Source: Schmidtea nova
Lineage: Eukaryota
Assembly (NCBI GenBank): GCA_044892505.1
Contig: CM097883.1
Coordinates: 226,114,001 to 226,178,000 of the forward strand
Direction: 5' to 3'
Length of the DNA stretch: 64,000 bases
The stretch's first letter is position 1, and each line of letters opens with the position of its first letter. Positions 51,236 through 61,914 of this stretch are shown here, piece by piece. A model generated the notes under the pieces. That model was not told where the DNA came from and searched no databases. It saw only the letters and a program-made list of their open reading frames with translations. The position numbers were made by a program, and so were the translations under genes.

Positions 51236-51299
51236 CCGCTATTATATATCCTCTTCTGGGTGATTGGAGCCATCCTCTCGGTACGTTGCGCGATGTCAT
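51236..51299 (-). CDS. Divergent RNGTT-like gene, exon 1
   Basis: ATG at 51299: MTSRNVPRGWLQSPRRGYIIA G|gtatta; matches the RNGTT N-terminus M.[20 protein letters not shown]; phase 1 fits exon 2. Confidence 0.88.
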
Positions 51300-51492
51300 T
51301 TCACTATCTTTTTATTACCATATAAATTTATGTTTTGAATTTTTGAATTGATTTTTAAAATTTTATTTAATTATTACATTAATATAGGATTATATGAAAA
51401 GGAAAATAAAATAATGAAAATAATAATTTTAACAAGTAAAAGGTTATTTAATTCAACCAACTTTCTGTTAAATGCCAATAATCTGGCATAAT

Positions 51493-51494
<2 letters not shown>

Positions 51495-51578
<84 letters not shown>
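51495..51578. repeat. (AAT)n microsatellite
   Basis: About 28 AAT units, ~200 bp upstream of the exon 1 ATG. Confidence 0.95.
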
Positions 51579-51651
51579 CATTTTTTCTATTATCTGTAAA
51601 ATAATTTAGAAAGACTTTAATAATATTCGATTTCAACTGAAATTGTAATTA

Positions 51652-51690
51652 CATGGTGCACCCAATAAGTACTTAGTCTCGGTAAGAAAC
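51652..51690 (+). mobile_element. Isolated mariner TIR fragment
   Basis: TA + CATGGTGCACCCAATAAGT resembles the terminus at 1864. Confidence 0.45.
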
Positions 51691-54313
51691 AAGCAACAGA
51701 TCTTATTCAAACTTTCAGCACTAAACTAAATGTAAATGTTTATTTCTAAATGTAAAATTTACTAAAGATCCACTTACTCTATCTTTTAAAAGTCCTCTTA
51801 AACTTATCAACTCGCGACTTTCTATAACCTTATCTTTTGCTACCTAACATCTACATCCCTTTATTACCTGATAATTCTGAATAGCATCCCCCTAGAGTTC
51901 CTGGTTCAATTCGTATTTAGACCTCTAATTCTAATCGATTTATATAATTTATGGGATGGTCAAAGAACTCGGTTCAAGATCCTTCACTCGATCGGGAACT
52001 AGTCTTTGGTTGTCTGACAGAGCTCCTCCTAAATCAGTTTAAATCAGGAAATCCATTGAGACAGAGCACTGAATAAATAATACAGCTCGGCTATCTACAC
52101 ATCTCGGGTTTCCTACACTACTAGCGTTTCCAAATATCTCGAGTTATCCATTAATGGATTAATTAACTTTTATTAATTTTTTTTGCTAATATCTTTTTTT
52201 GGACCCCTCACTAGAGTTCCGTTATTATATTTACGTTTATTTATAGATTTGGCTTTTAACCATACCTATTGCCACTGGAAAATATTTATTTTTCTAAAAT
52301 TTTAATTAACTTTTGTACTATAATTATTTTTAATGTTTTTGGTTTTTCACGCCTTTAGTTCCATTATTTTATAACAACCCTAACACGTTTTATCCCTTCC
52401 TCGACCGACTTATGAAATGCGGTTCGTATGCCTACTTTTTTGTGCTTGTGACTGCTTTAATATTCTATGCTCCTTTTATGCTGTGGCTGCTTAATGCTAT
52501 TATGTGTTATCGCGAGTTTTGAATTCGCCTCTTTTTGTGTGTATCTATCCTTGGTCGCTTTTAAACAAAAATTTAATTTAATTTTTACCAGTCTAACATC
52601 TTAAAAGTTTTAGATAATTCTGATACCAAAAATGAGAAATAAAATCTGAGTAAAATTTTGATAAGTCGATAACAAATTTGTTATACCGTCGACATCAATT
52701 AACCCTAAGTGTTTCAAGAACATGATACAGAAAAATGTAATGAAATCAAACACTTGTACTTCAGGTTGACGATATGTTTAAAATTTGTAAAAATTATGCT
52801 GGGAATCGGAATGACACTAAAATATTAACTTTTTTTGACCTTTTAAAAATACAGTAGAACCTCGTTAATTTGAACTCGGTTAATTCGGAAACTCTGTTAA
52901 TTCGAAAAAAATATTTAAGTACCAACCGTTTCTGGGATTTTTTAATGGCAAGAAACTTTGATAAATCGTAATCGGATAATTCTAAAACTCTGTTAATTCG
53001 AACAGTTTCAGTCAGCTCCATGTACATATTTGCATTTTTAATTCGAAGTAAAAAAGTTCATGAATCAAGCAAATGCAAATTAAATTTTAAAAGGATGAAT
53101 TTTTCTGAATTTTCTGGAAGGTCACAATCATTAAATGGGTTATGTAATAAAGGTTATTATTACTTTTATTAACGTGCATGTCAATTGAAATTATTTTAAT
53201 AAATGGATGAGTCATCATGCAAAGCTAGCACGCTGTATATAAATTGGTGTGAGCGTAATAATCTCACACTTCATAATTTCATCATCATAGCGAAGTATAA
53301 CACTAAAGACGTAGAGACAACGCTTAAAGTGCTGCATGAGTTAGATGATGGGAAGAAGATGTCTGATGTTGCACACCAGTTTGGAGTCCCTCTGAGCACC
53401 TTTTCTACATGGAGAAAATAGATCCAGCTTGGAAGGTTCTTCCATTTCAATGAACCCGAACTGCAAAGTTAGAAGACGTGGAGGAGGCCTTGCTGCAATG
53501 GTTTACTGGAGTTCGTGGCCAAAATGTCCTTATCTCTGGTCCCCTTATGAAAAAAGGCGGAGTAGCTCGCTGGTATCATTGGGTTTCCAAATTTTCAGTG
53601 TAGTAATGGATGGCTGGATCGTTTCAAAGTGAGACATGGAATAACATTCAGAAATGTTTGTGGAGAAGGCAAATCTGTGAAAGAGGAGGACATCTTATCT
53701 TGGCAAAATTTCCTTCTCCCGGAACTGCTTAACAGATACAAAGCCTATGATATATTTAATGCTGACGAGGTTGGTTTGTTTTTTGAACTCTTACCCGACA
53801 AAACAATGAGTTTCAAGGGAAAACATGCTCATGAGGTAAGAAAGGAAAGCAACGTGTCACAATCATGGTTGCTGCTAACATGACTGGCTCTGAAAAACTT
53901 CCTCTTCTCGTAATCGGACGCTCAGCACAACAACGATCCTTTAAGAATATCAAGTCACTGCCCTTGAATACGTTTCCAATAAAAACGTAATGATGACAGC
54001 CACATTATTCGAGGAATAGCTAAAAAAATGTGACAGCAAATTTGCAAAACAAAAGATATTAGGTTGATTATTAATTTTTTTATACATTAATTGAAAACAC
54101 GCTTTCGTTCAAAAATATATATTATTAAAACAAATATTTTTCTTTTGTAATTATCTCGGAGAATATATATATATATATATTAATATAAATAATACTTTGA
54201 GCAATTTCAACATTCATACACAACATATACATACTGTTACACTCATGCTGATTTTTATAATATATAATTAATTTATCAATTTCATCTCACATCCCCCTCC
54301 CTTTTATTTTCAA

Positions 54314-57300
54314 TTATTTGCTTATATGGTATCGCTTAAGCCATTCGATATTTCTAATCAAGATTTTATCATTTGGCATTTTTATTTTATAACTCCTATC
54401 ATGGTTCTTTTCTATTACTTCACATGGACCATCAAACCTATCGTCGTCTTTCGTTCTTACGTCCTTTTTAACTAAAACTAGATCCCCAATCGAGAACTCA
54501 CGGTTTATTCTTGTCGAGTTGTTATATATCAATTTGTCTTCATTTAAGCGTAATTTTGAATCTATAATCTCTCTTCTTTCGTTTTGTTCTTTCATATAAT
54601 CACTCACTTCCATTTCGCCAAAAACTGTCGAAGGCCATTCTCTGTAAATTTTCTTTCCATAAACTACTTCTGCTGGACTGAATCCAATTGTGCTTTGAAT
54701 TGTTGAATTTAACATGAACTCTACTTCTGGTAATATATCGGCCCAATTACTGTTATGCATTTTATCTTTTATTGATATTTGAATAGCATCTCTAATAGTT
54801 CTAAATTGTCTTTCAATCACGCCGTTTGCCGAATGATGATATGGGCTACTATATGTTATCTCCATTTTATGTGTTCCTGTAAGTGTTTTTATTACGTTAG
54901 ATTCAAACGCTTTTCCTTTATCAAAATATATCAATTTTGGTGCTCCAAATCTTAAAATCCAATTATCTTTAATTACCTTTGCAGTGGTATTTTCATCTTG
55001 TCTTGCTATAGCATTCAAAGAAATATATCGACTAAATTGATCAATTATTGCAAGAATGTATTTCTTTCCATTAACTGTCGTTTTGAATGGTCCACAAATG
55101 TCTACAAATACAACTTCAAATAATTCTGGTATTCTATGTTTCATTATCGTTTCTTTCGTGCGTGTGGTAACAGATTTTCTTTTTTGACATTGTTCACAAC
55201 TTTGAACAACATTCTTAATATTTTCCATTTTGTTTTCCATATCAAACTTCTGTGATATATAGTCATTTACCTTCCTTACTCCAGCATGACAAAGTGTACG
55301 ATGCGTATATTCTATAAAATTTTTTACGTTGTCATTTGGTATCCATATTTTGTCTTTCATTGTTTTTATAACCTCATCTTCAACTTTTAAGCCTAACTTT
55401 TCATCGTCGTTAATCTGTTTCTTTATAATTAATATATCTTTTGAATCCTTTTGCCATGTTGAACCATTGTCTCCTAGCATGAGAGCTAATATTCTTGTCT
55501 TTAATCTCCCTTTCTTTGGTTCTTCGTGAATGGTCTGACATTGTACGCAAGTCACGCAGTCTTTCCTTGACAATGCATCAGCATTACTATGTAGGTCACC
55601 CTTTCTGTATTCCAATTTCATATCTAAACTACTTAAATGATTTATCCATGTTTGGAATTGTGGTGTTATTGGTTTTTTAGTTTTTATCATAAAAGTTATC
55701 GCTTTGTGGTCTGTTCTAATCCGAAATCGTTTACCATATAAATAGTGCTTAAAATGCAAGGTAAAATAGTAAATCGCAAGTAGTTCTTTTCTAGTAATAC
55801 AATAACCTAATTCGTGGGTGTTCATCGCATGAGAGCCATAAGCTATCACTCTTTCATTTCCACTAGCATCTAACTGTGATAATACCGCTCCTATCCTATC
55901 AAAACTGGCATCGGTATCTAAAATGAATTCTTTCGAAAAATCAGGAAATGCCAAAATCGGGGATAACATTAATTTTTCTTTAAGGTTTTGAAAAGCTATT
56001 TCACATTCGTCTGTCCAAATCAATTTCGTTTGGTTGCTTCCGCAAAGTTTTTCTAGGTCTTTTGAATATTTCGAATAATTTTCTATGAATCGTCTATAAT
56101 AATTAGTTAAACCAAGGAAGCTCCTTAACTTCTTCAAACATTTCGGTCTCTCGTATTGTTTAATTGCCTCCAATTTGCTATCATCTGTTCTTATACCATT
56201 TTTGTTAATAATGTGTCCTAAAAATTTGATTTCTTCTTTCATGAAGTTGCACTTATTCATACTCAATTTTAATCCAGCTTCTTTTATTCGATTTAGAACA
56301 TTTCTAACTCTCCTAACGTGCTCTTCTTTTGTAGGAGAAAAAATTAATATATCATCTAGATATACAACAGCTTCTTTCCAGTTTAAGGGTCCTAGTACCC
56401 TGTTCATTAATTTCTGAAATGTTGCAGGTGCTGCTGCGATTCCAAAGGGCATACGATTAAAGCAATATTGTTCGTTCTTTGTTGAGAATGCGGTTTTTAT
56501 CTTTGAAAGTTCATCTAATTCTACTTGGTAAAAAGCATTACCTAAATCTAAAGTAGTAAAATAAATTGATCCATTTAAAATATCCATCATTTCTTCGGTG
56601 CTTGGTATTGGAAAAATCGGTCTTTCGGTTACTAAATTTAATGCCCGAAAATCTAAACAGATGCGGATATCATCTTTACCTTTCTTTTTTACACATACAA
56701 GAGGAGAGTTCCATGCAGATTCACATTTCTCGATAATTCCATACTTTTCCATCTCTTTTATATTTTGATCTATTTGCTCTATCAAATGTATTGGTTGGCG
56801 ACGTGGATTTATTACCACCGGTGGTCCTTCAGTATTAATGTTATGTTTAATTAACGTTGTTAAACCAATATCCCATTTATGTTTCATAAATATTGGATCG
56901 AATTCTTTCAAAATATTTTGAATTTCATGATCTAACGTTAGAACATTATTTTGATTAGCATTTTCTTCAATGTAAGCAATCTCATCTTTATTTTTATTTT
57001 TCCGTAAAAATATCTCAAATTCATTTAAAAAGTTGATTCCTCCTATCATTTTTGGTATTACTCCATTTGTTACGTAAAAATCTATTATTTTAGAAGAATT
57101 CCCTAGATTTACTTTTATTATTGCTTTTCCAATAACCTTAATCGGGCTCCCATTTGCACATTTCACTTCTATATCACTTTTGTCTATTTTAATTTCTCTA
57201 ATGTTTTTTATTATTTCATATTCAATCACACTTATCTTTGCACCAGTATCTAACATACACCTGATTATATTATTATTAATTTCTACTTCCACACTGGGCC

Positions 57301-57532
57301 TACCACCCATATAATTATACGTTATATTTGACCTATTGAAGTCTTTAATAACACAAATTTCAGTACCTATTCTATTAGTTTGTTTATTGTCCTTTAGACG
57401 GGATACTTTATTTATATTGTTATAAAAATTATTATTATTATTATTCAAATTATCTGCAATTACATTACATTCATTAAAATCAATATCATTCACACAATCA
57501 CAATCATTAAATTTCATACATACATTGCTCAA
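54314..57532 (-). CDS. pol: Gypsy Pol polyprotein (PR-RT-RNase H-IN), uninterrupted
   Basis: LDTGA, YLDD, DTDAS...ELL...TDH, HRTLCH...CEQC, VDICGP / DKG / IERQFR; the frame is open from ~57598, consistent with expression by -1 frameshift. Confidence 0.95.
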   Translation of the reverse strand: MSNVCMKFNDCDCVNDIDFNECNVIADNLNNNNNNFYNNINKVSRLKDNKQTNRIGTEICVIKDFNRSNITYNYMGGRPSVEVEINNNIIRCMLDTGAKISVIEYEIIKNIREIKIDKSDIEVKCANGSPIKVIGKAIIKVNLGNSSKIIDFYVTNGVIPKMIGGINFLNEFEIFLRKNKNKDEIAYIEENANQNNVLTLDHEIQNILKEFDPIFMKHKWDIGLTTLIKHNINTEGPPVVINPRRQPIHLIEQIDQNIKEMEKYGIIEKCESAWNSPLVCVKKKGKDDIRICLDFRALNLVTERPIFPIPSTEEMMDILNGSIYFTTLDLGNAFYQVELDELSKIKTAFSTKNEQYCFNRMPFGIAAAPATFQKLMNRVLGPLNWKEAVVYLDDILIFSPTKEEHVRRVRNVLNRIKEAGLKLSMNKCNFMKEEIKFLGHIINKNGIRTDDSKLEAIKQYERPKCLKKLRSFLGLTNYYRRFIENYSKYSKDLEKLCGSNQTKLIWTDECEIAFQNLKEKLMLSPILAFPDFSKEFILDTDASFDRIGAVLSQLDASGNERVIAYGSHAMNTHELGYCITRKELLAIYYFTLHFKHYLYGKRFRIRTDHKAITFMIKTKKPITPQFQTWINHLSSLDMKLEYRKGDLHSNADALSRKDCVTCVQCQTIHEEPKKGRLKTRILALMLGDNGSTWQKDSKDILIIKKQINDDEKLGLKVEDEVIKTMKDKIWIPNDNVKNFIEYTHRTLCHAGVRKVNDYISQKFDMENKMENIKNVVQSCEQCQKRKSVTTRTKETIMKHRIPELFEVVFVDICGPFKTTVNGKKYILAIIDQFSRYISLNAIARQDENTTAKVIKDNWILRFGAPKLIYFDKGKAFESNVIKTLTGTHKMEITYSSPYHHSANGVIERQFRTIRDAIQISIKDKMHNSNWADILPEVEFMLNSTIQSTIGFSPAEVVYGKKIYREWPSTVFGEMEVSDYMKEQNERREIIDSKLRLNEDKLIYNNSTRINREFSIGDLVLVKKDVRTKDDDRFDGPCEVIEKNHDRSYKIKMPNDKILIRNIEWLKRYHISK

Positions 57533-57546
57533 AATATTACTTACAT

Positions 57547-58602
57547 TTAATTTATTGCTCCAACCACCTCTCCTTGTGATGGAGCATATCCGTTTGGGTC
57601 ATCCTCTTTTATTGATCGTTCGTAGTCCTCTCCGATTACCGCAACGTGTCGATTTTTCTGGAATCGGTTCTCTGTTGACACATCATAGCATTGGTACTTG
57701 AAATGGCCTCTCTTGTGGCAATGACTGCATTGTACATTCGGACATTCGGATCGTATATGTCCTTCTTCTCTACATGCCCAACACTTCCTGTGTCTTGCAT
57801 CTGTTCTTGAATTTCTGTAGTTATCTCTATTTTGGTAATAATAATTGTTGTCGCTTCTTTGTTGTCGGTTATTGAATGTTCTATCATTGTTGAATAGGGG
57901 TTTATATTCTTGTTTTCTAAATTTATCTTGATCTGGCTGATGCCACCTTTGTTGAAATTCGGATTCTTGCCTTGTACCGTCTCTGTATTTCATTTTTGAA
58001 TCGAAACGATTCCCATTATTTCGTTGCCATGATTGACCAGATCTTATATTGGCTACATTTGCATATGTGTTCTTCTTTTGTATTACGGCTACACTTTCTG
58101 CTTCGATTTCTTTCTTGACTTCATCGTTTCTCGTTATTCTTACTTTGATTTCTTCGAATGTAGACAAACCTTGCATCTTTAAATCTTTCTTTAATTCTTG
58201 ATCGTCTAATGCATTTTGAATCAGGAAAATTTTCAAATCTTCTTCTTGAAGTTTGTGACGTAAAATATTCTTTGCTAATCTTTCAACTTTTCTAAAGAAT
58301 TCGGCTGTTGTATCTTCTCCTCGGCGATAAGATAACGCCTTATTTAGGTCGTTTCCTAAATTACTCGGACTTGTAAACGCTGATTGCATTCTCGTTTTAT
58401 AATTTTCTTCGTGTTCTGTTTCCTCATATTTTCTTGTTGCTTCTATTGATAAAAAAGCTTTTACAAAAATACCTCTGTGTTCTTCGGCCGTCTGTGTCAA
58501 TTCAAAAAATCTTTCTGTTTCTTCAATAAATTTGTCGATATCATTTCCTATCTCAAATATTTCTGGAGGTCTGATAAATTGTAACATTGGCGTGGTCGCC
58601 AT
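57547..58602 (-). CDS. gag: Gypsy Gag with two CCHC knuckles
   Basis: MATTPMLQF...CWACREEGHIRSEC and CSHCHKRGHFKYQC; the first internal ATG overlaps the LTR/PBS junction. Confidence 0.9.
   Translation of the reverse strand: MATTPMLQFIRPPEIFEIGNDIDKFIEETERFFELTQTAEEHRGIFVKAFLSIEATRKYEETEHEENYKTRMQSAFTSPSNLGNDLNKALSYRRGEDTTAEFFRKVERLAKNILRHKLQEEDLKIFLIQNALDDQELKKDLKMQGLSTFEEIKVRITRNDEVKKEIEAESVAVIQKKNTYANVANIRSGQSWQRNNGNRFDSKMKYRDGTRQESEFQQRWHQPDQDKFRKQEYKPLFNNDRTFNNRQQRSDNNYYYQNRDNYRNSRTDARHRKCWACREEGHIRSECPNVQCSHCHKRGHFKYQCYDVSTENRFQKNRHVAVIGEDYERSIKEDDPNGYAPSQGEVVGAIN
57556..57598 (-). promoter_or_regulatory. -1 programmed ribosomal frameshift signal
   Basis: Slippery heptamer C CCA AAC in the gag frame (57598-57592), 5-nt spacer, then hairpin TGCTCCA-TCAC-loop-GTGG-T-TGGAGCA; the -1 frame is the pol frame and opens exactly here. 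Confidence 0.75.
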
Positions 58603-60173
58603 ATTAGGTTGATTATTAATTTTTTTATACATTAATTGAAAACACGCTTTCGTTCAAAAATATATATTATTAAAACAAATATTTTTCTTTTGTAATTATC
58701 TCGGAGAATATATATATATATATATTAATATAAATAATACTTTGAGCAATTTCAACATTCATACACAACATATACATACTGTTACACTCATACTGATTTT
58801 TATAATATATAATTAATTTATCAATTTCATCTCACAAAAGAGAAACGTGGCCTTTATTGTGGATAATTGTGCAGTTCATCCTGATGTACAGGGACTTACG
58901 GTAAGCATCATTTTATAAATTCTTACATTTTATACATTCTTACATATAGGCCATAAAACTAATTTTCCTTCTTCCCAATACGACGAGCAAAACTCAGCCA
59001 ATGGATCAAGGCGTTATTCAAAACTTGAAAATGCACTACCGCTCTCGATTACTCTCTCTTCTTCTCACAGATCTTGAAGATGGCAAAGAATTTCGAGTAA
59101 ACCTTTTGGAAGCTTTGCACACAACGAGATATACTTGGAATTCTGTAAAGCAGATTACAATTACAAATTGCTTTAGGCACTGCGAATTCAAAATTTCAGA
59201 TGACATGCCCTTAATCGCTGAAGAGAACATTGAAGAACTGATCAGGAAGAGCAGTACCAGGTAGGCTGAATAAATAATAGAAATTCTATATTCCAAATGT
59301 GTACAGGAACATATGGGACCGACTTCAACAACTGGGGCTCGTCAAAAGCAATGACACATTGGCCAGTTACATCGCAGTCGATAATGATGTAGCCATCTCT
59401 GGCATATTAACGGAAGAAGAAATAGTAGCAGAGGTCGTACACAAGAAGAAAGGAGCTAATGTCGTCGATGAGAGTGATTGTGAAGACGTTGATGATAAAC
59501 TGTCTATCCCATCATCCAAAGCAGCGCGTGAAGCTTGTATGACCCTCCGTACTTTTTGCTCTCTTGTTCTGATGCTCACGCCTCTCTAGAAGAATTAACC
59601 AATATTGAGAATTTTGTAATGAATGTGCAAGTTGATCGACAGCGTCAACTGACGATACCATAAATGTTTAAGTAATAAATTTTATATAAGAGAGCCTTTG
59701 AATATCACTGCTAATATGAATATTAAATCGTAATCGGATAATTCGAAGTAAAATTTTGGTACCCAGCATTTCGAATTAACGAGGTTTTACTGTATAAAAA
59801 TTGTTGAGTGTTAGATCAAAAAGTTGTACATTTTATTTTTGGTTTCAGGTAAATATTGTAATTGTAATTTTGGTAATTGAATAAGTTATTAACCAGTCCA
59901 AATTTGGTTATTTATATAAGATCAAGTTGAGATTCGGTTCTAAAATTCACCAATAATTATTATTTCCTTCTAAAGTCTGTTGTTTTTACCTCCCAAACTG
60001 TAAAATTGAAACAAAGTATAATATTGCTTTACAACCAGACTTCTAATGTGATGCGATTGAAAGATTGAGGTAAAATGTACAAATCTGTGTGCAAAATAAT
60101 GTAAAGACAAAATAATTAATCAAAATATTAATATAATTTTTTGAGGAAAACAGATTTTAGTGGATAGTAGTAG

Positions 60174-60390
60174 TAGGATGTGTCCCCGACAGATACAGTA
60201 TCCCACACGATTATGTAATAATTGACCTTTGACACCTAAACGACGTAATAATTGTCATCAATTGCACTCGATTATATAATAATTGTTCCAGTTACGTAAC
60301 ATTAGACCCAATTACGTCACATTTGACCTCAATTACGACACATTTGTCCCTATTACGTCACATTTGACCCTATTACACCAATTACGCTAA
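60174..60390. mobile_element. Partial copy of the TAGGATG-ended TIR element
   Basis: TAGGATGTGTCCCCGACAGATA terminus, then AATTACGTCACATTTGACC-type short repeats; no second TIR seen. Confidence 0.45.
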
Positions 60391-60589
60391 ATCAATATTA
60401 TTCAAAAATATATAAAAATTGAACGCTCAAAACAATTTAATGAAATAATTCAAAATTTTATTTTTTTAAATAATATACAGAATCACTACTCTTCACAGTT
60501 GATAACAATAGATCAGGTCGGTCCGGGTCTCAATTTTGGAAATGGATGCCATCTAAATGAAAGCATGACATGAAAAGTGAAACGCTAAA

Positions 60590-60669
60590 CTAACTGCTGA
60601 ATTGGACGTGATTTATAGCCCTATATACATGATCAATTGTCACCGGGTTCCGAATACTGTCAAACACCG
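60590..60669 (-). CDS. RNGTT: mRNA capping enzyme, canonical copy: last exon
   Basis: ttttcag|CG (S)VFDSIRNPVTIDHVYRAINHVQFSS*; 53-bp intron upstream; matches [11 protein letters not shown]. Confidence 0.85.
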
Positions 60670-60722
60670 CTGAAAAAGAGGGGAAAGTGCTAAAAATCAA
60701 AAAGAAAAAACTATTCACTCAC

Positions 60723-60925
60723 ATTTTGCGGTTGAAATGTGATTCGGTTTTGATTTATCTGTCCTTTCTCTAATGATGTTCCACTGCAACGTTGCCTTAT
60801 CTAATGTGCATTCGACAATTTTGTTGTTGTATTTTTCACGCAAATCTTTCTTGATGTGATTGATTTCACCGAAAAACATTTTCTCCCCACTGACATAGAG
60901 TTTCCCGACAAATCTCGGCACAACA
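60723..60925 (-). CDS. RNGTT: mRNA capping enzyme, canonical copy: OB-fold exon
   Basis: ccctcag|T VVPRFVGKLYVSG...KYNNKIVEC...WNIIRERTDKSKPN (motif VI); 73-bp intron upstream. Confidence 0.9.
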
Positions 60926-60998
60926 CTGAGGGAAAGTAAACAAAGGAAAATTTTGGTTTTAAATGGCAGATTTAAAAAAAAAATAATAAATAATTTAC

Positions 60999-61914
60999 TC
61001 GGCGCCTTTTTCATATTCACATTTCAGTTGGAAATCGATTGAATTCAATTCAGGAGGTTTCCATTTCAAAATATACGGACAGGTTCCGGTTTGATAGAAA
61101 TCTTCCGGTCCACAAGGTTGGAATATCAATCCATCCATTTCATGGCACAATTGCTTCCGAAATTTCCCGCTCCAGATCTCACGGGTCTTTTCGATTGGCC
61201 AGAAATCCTTTATCCGAATCCCAAATGATTCGTGTTTGCGCATCTCCGGTGTCACGAATTTGCTTCTGGTGTCGATTAAGCATTTTTTGATGGTGTTAAA
61301 CCGTTTATTGAAGACCTCGTTCCCGACATATTCACCATCGATTGTCATAATGTCGTAGATTAAAAATCGCGGAAATTTCTGGCCTTGATATGTGTCGATA
61401 ACCATCTCACCGTCCACGAGAGTATTTATATAATGTTCGTCTTCGTTTTTCGGGAAATTTATATTCTCGACTTTATAAACGCAATTGTCTCGATCGAACA
61501 TATAGACGAGATCTTTATCGGCTATCAGCATTAAATATCGAGTTCCATCGGCTTTCCAGCTGACCATATATTTTCTTTCAGTTAAAAACTTCAAATTCTG
61601 AGTTGTCATTGACACCGGTTGACTGCCGACGAATTCATATTTCGATACTGACATCAGATCGCGTACTTTCACTTGAACCTCTTCAATCACTGCAGTATCC
61701 ATGACTACCGAAACCTTGCTGACACCTTCCATAAACATTGCTTTTTTCGGAGCAACAAAAGGTTTCCTTGGTTTTCGTTTATGATTTTGTACTTTCAATT
61801 TAACATTTTCAGAACTATTTGTGCTTCCGGAATTATCGGAATCTGATTCACTGTTACTATCCAATTTATCATTTTGATCAGGAATGTACGACTCGTCCTC
61901 ACCGTCACAATCAT
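60999..61914 (-). CDS. RNGTT: mRNA capping enzyme, canonical copy: linker + guanylyltransferase exon
   Basis: ttattag|AT acceptor; FVGSQPVSM, motif I SWKADGTRY (Lys at 61553-61555), FDRDN, LVDGEMV, LIYDIM, EMDGLIFQP, LKWKPPELNSIDF all intact. Confidence 0.95.

Larger units (their letters stand above)
54057..58836 (-). mobile_element. Intact, recently inserted Gypsy LTR retrotransposon
   Basis: 235-bp LTRs (58602-58836, 54057-54291) differing at one base; 5-bp TSD AAAGA; PBS TGGCGACCACG; PPT AAAAGGGAGGGGGA; open gag and pol. Confidence 0.95.
52852..59792 (+). mobile_element. Full-length Tigger/pogo transposon, disrupted, hosting a Gypsy insertion
   Basis: 23-bp TIRs CAGTAGAACCTCGTTAATTTGAA / TTCGAATTAACGAGGTTTTACTG with TA TSDs; CENP-B HTH, IFNADEVGLFF, and KFAKQK|RNVAFIVDNC rejoined across the Gypsy, QPMDQGVI. 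Confidence 0.92.
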
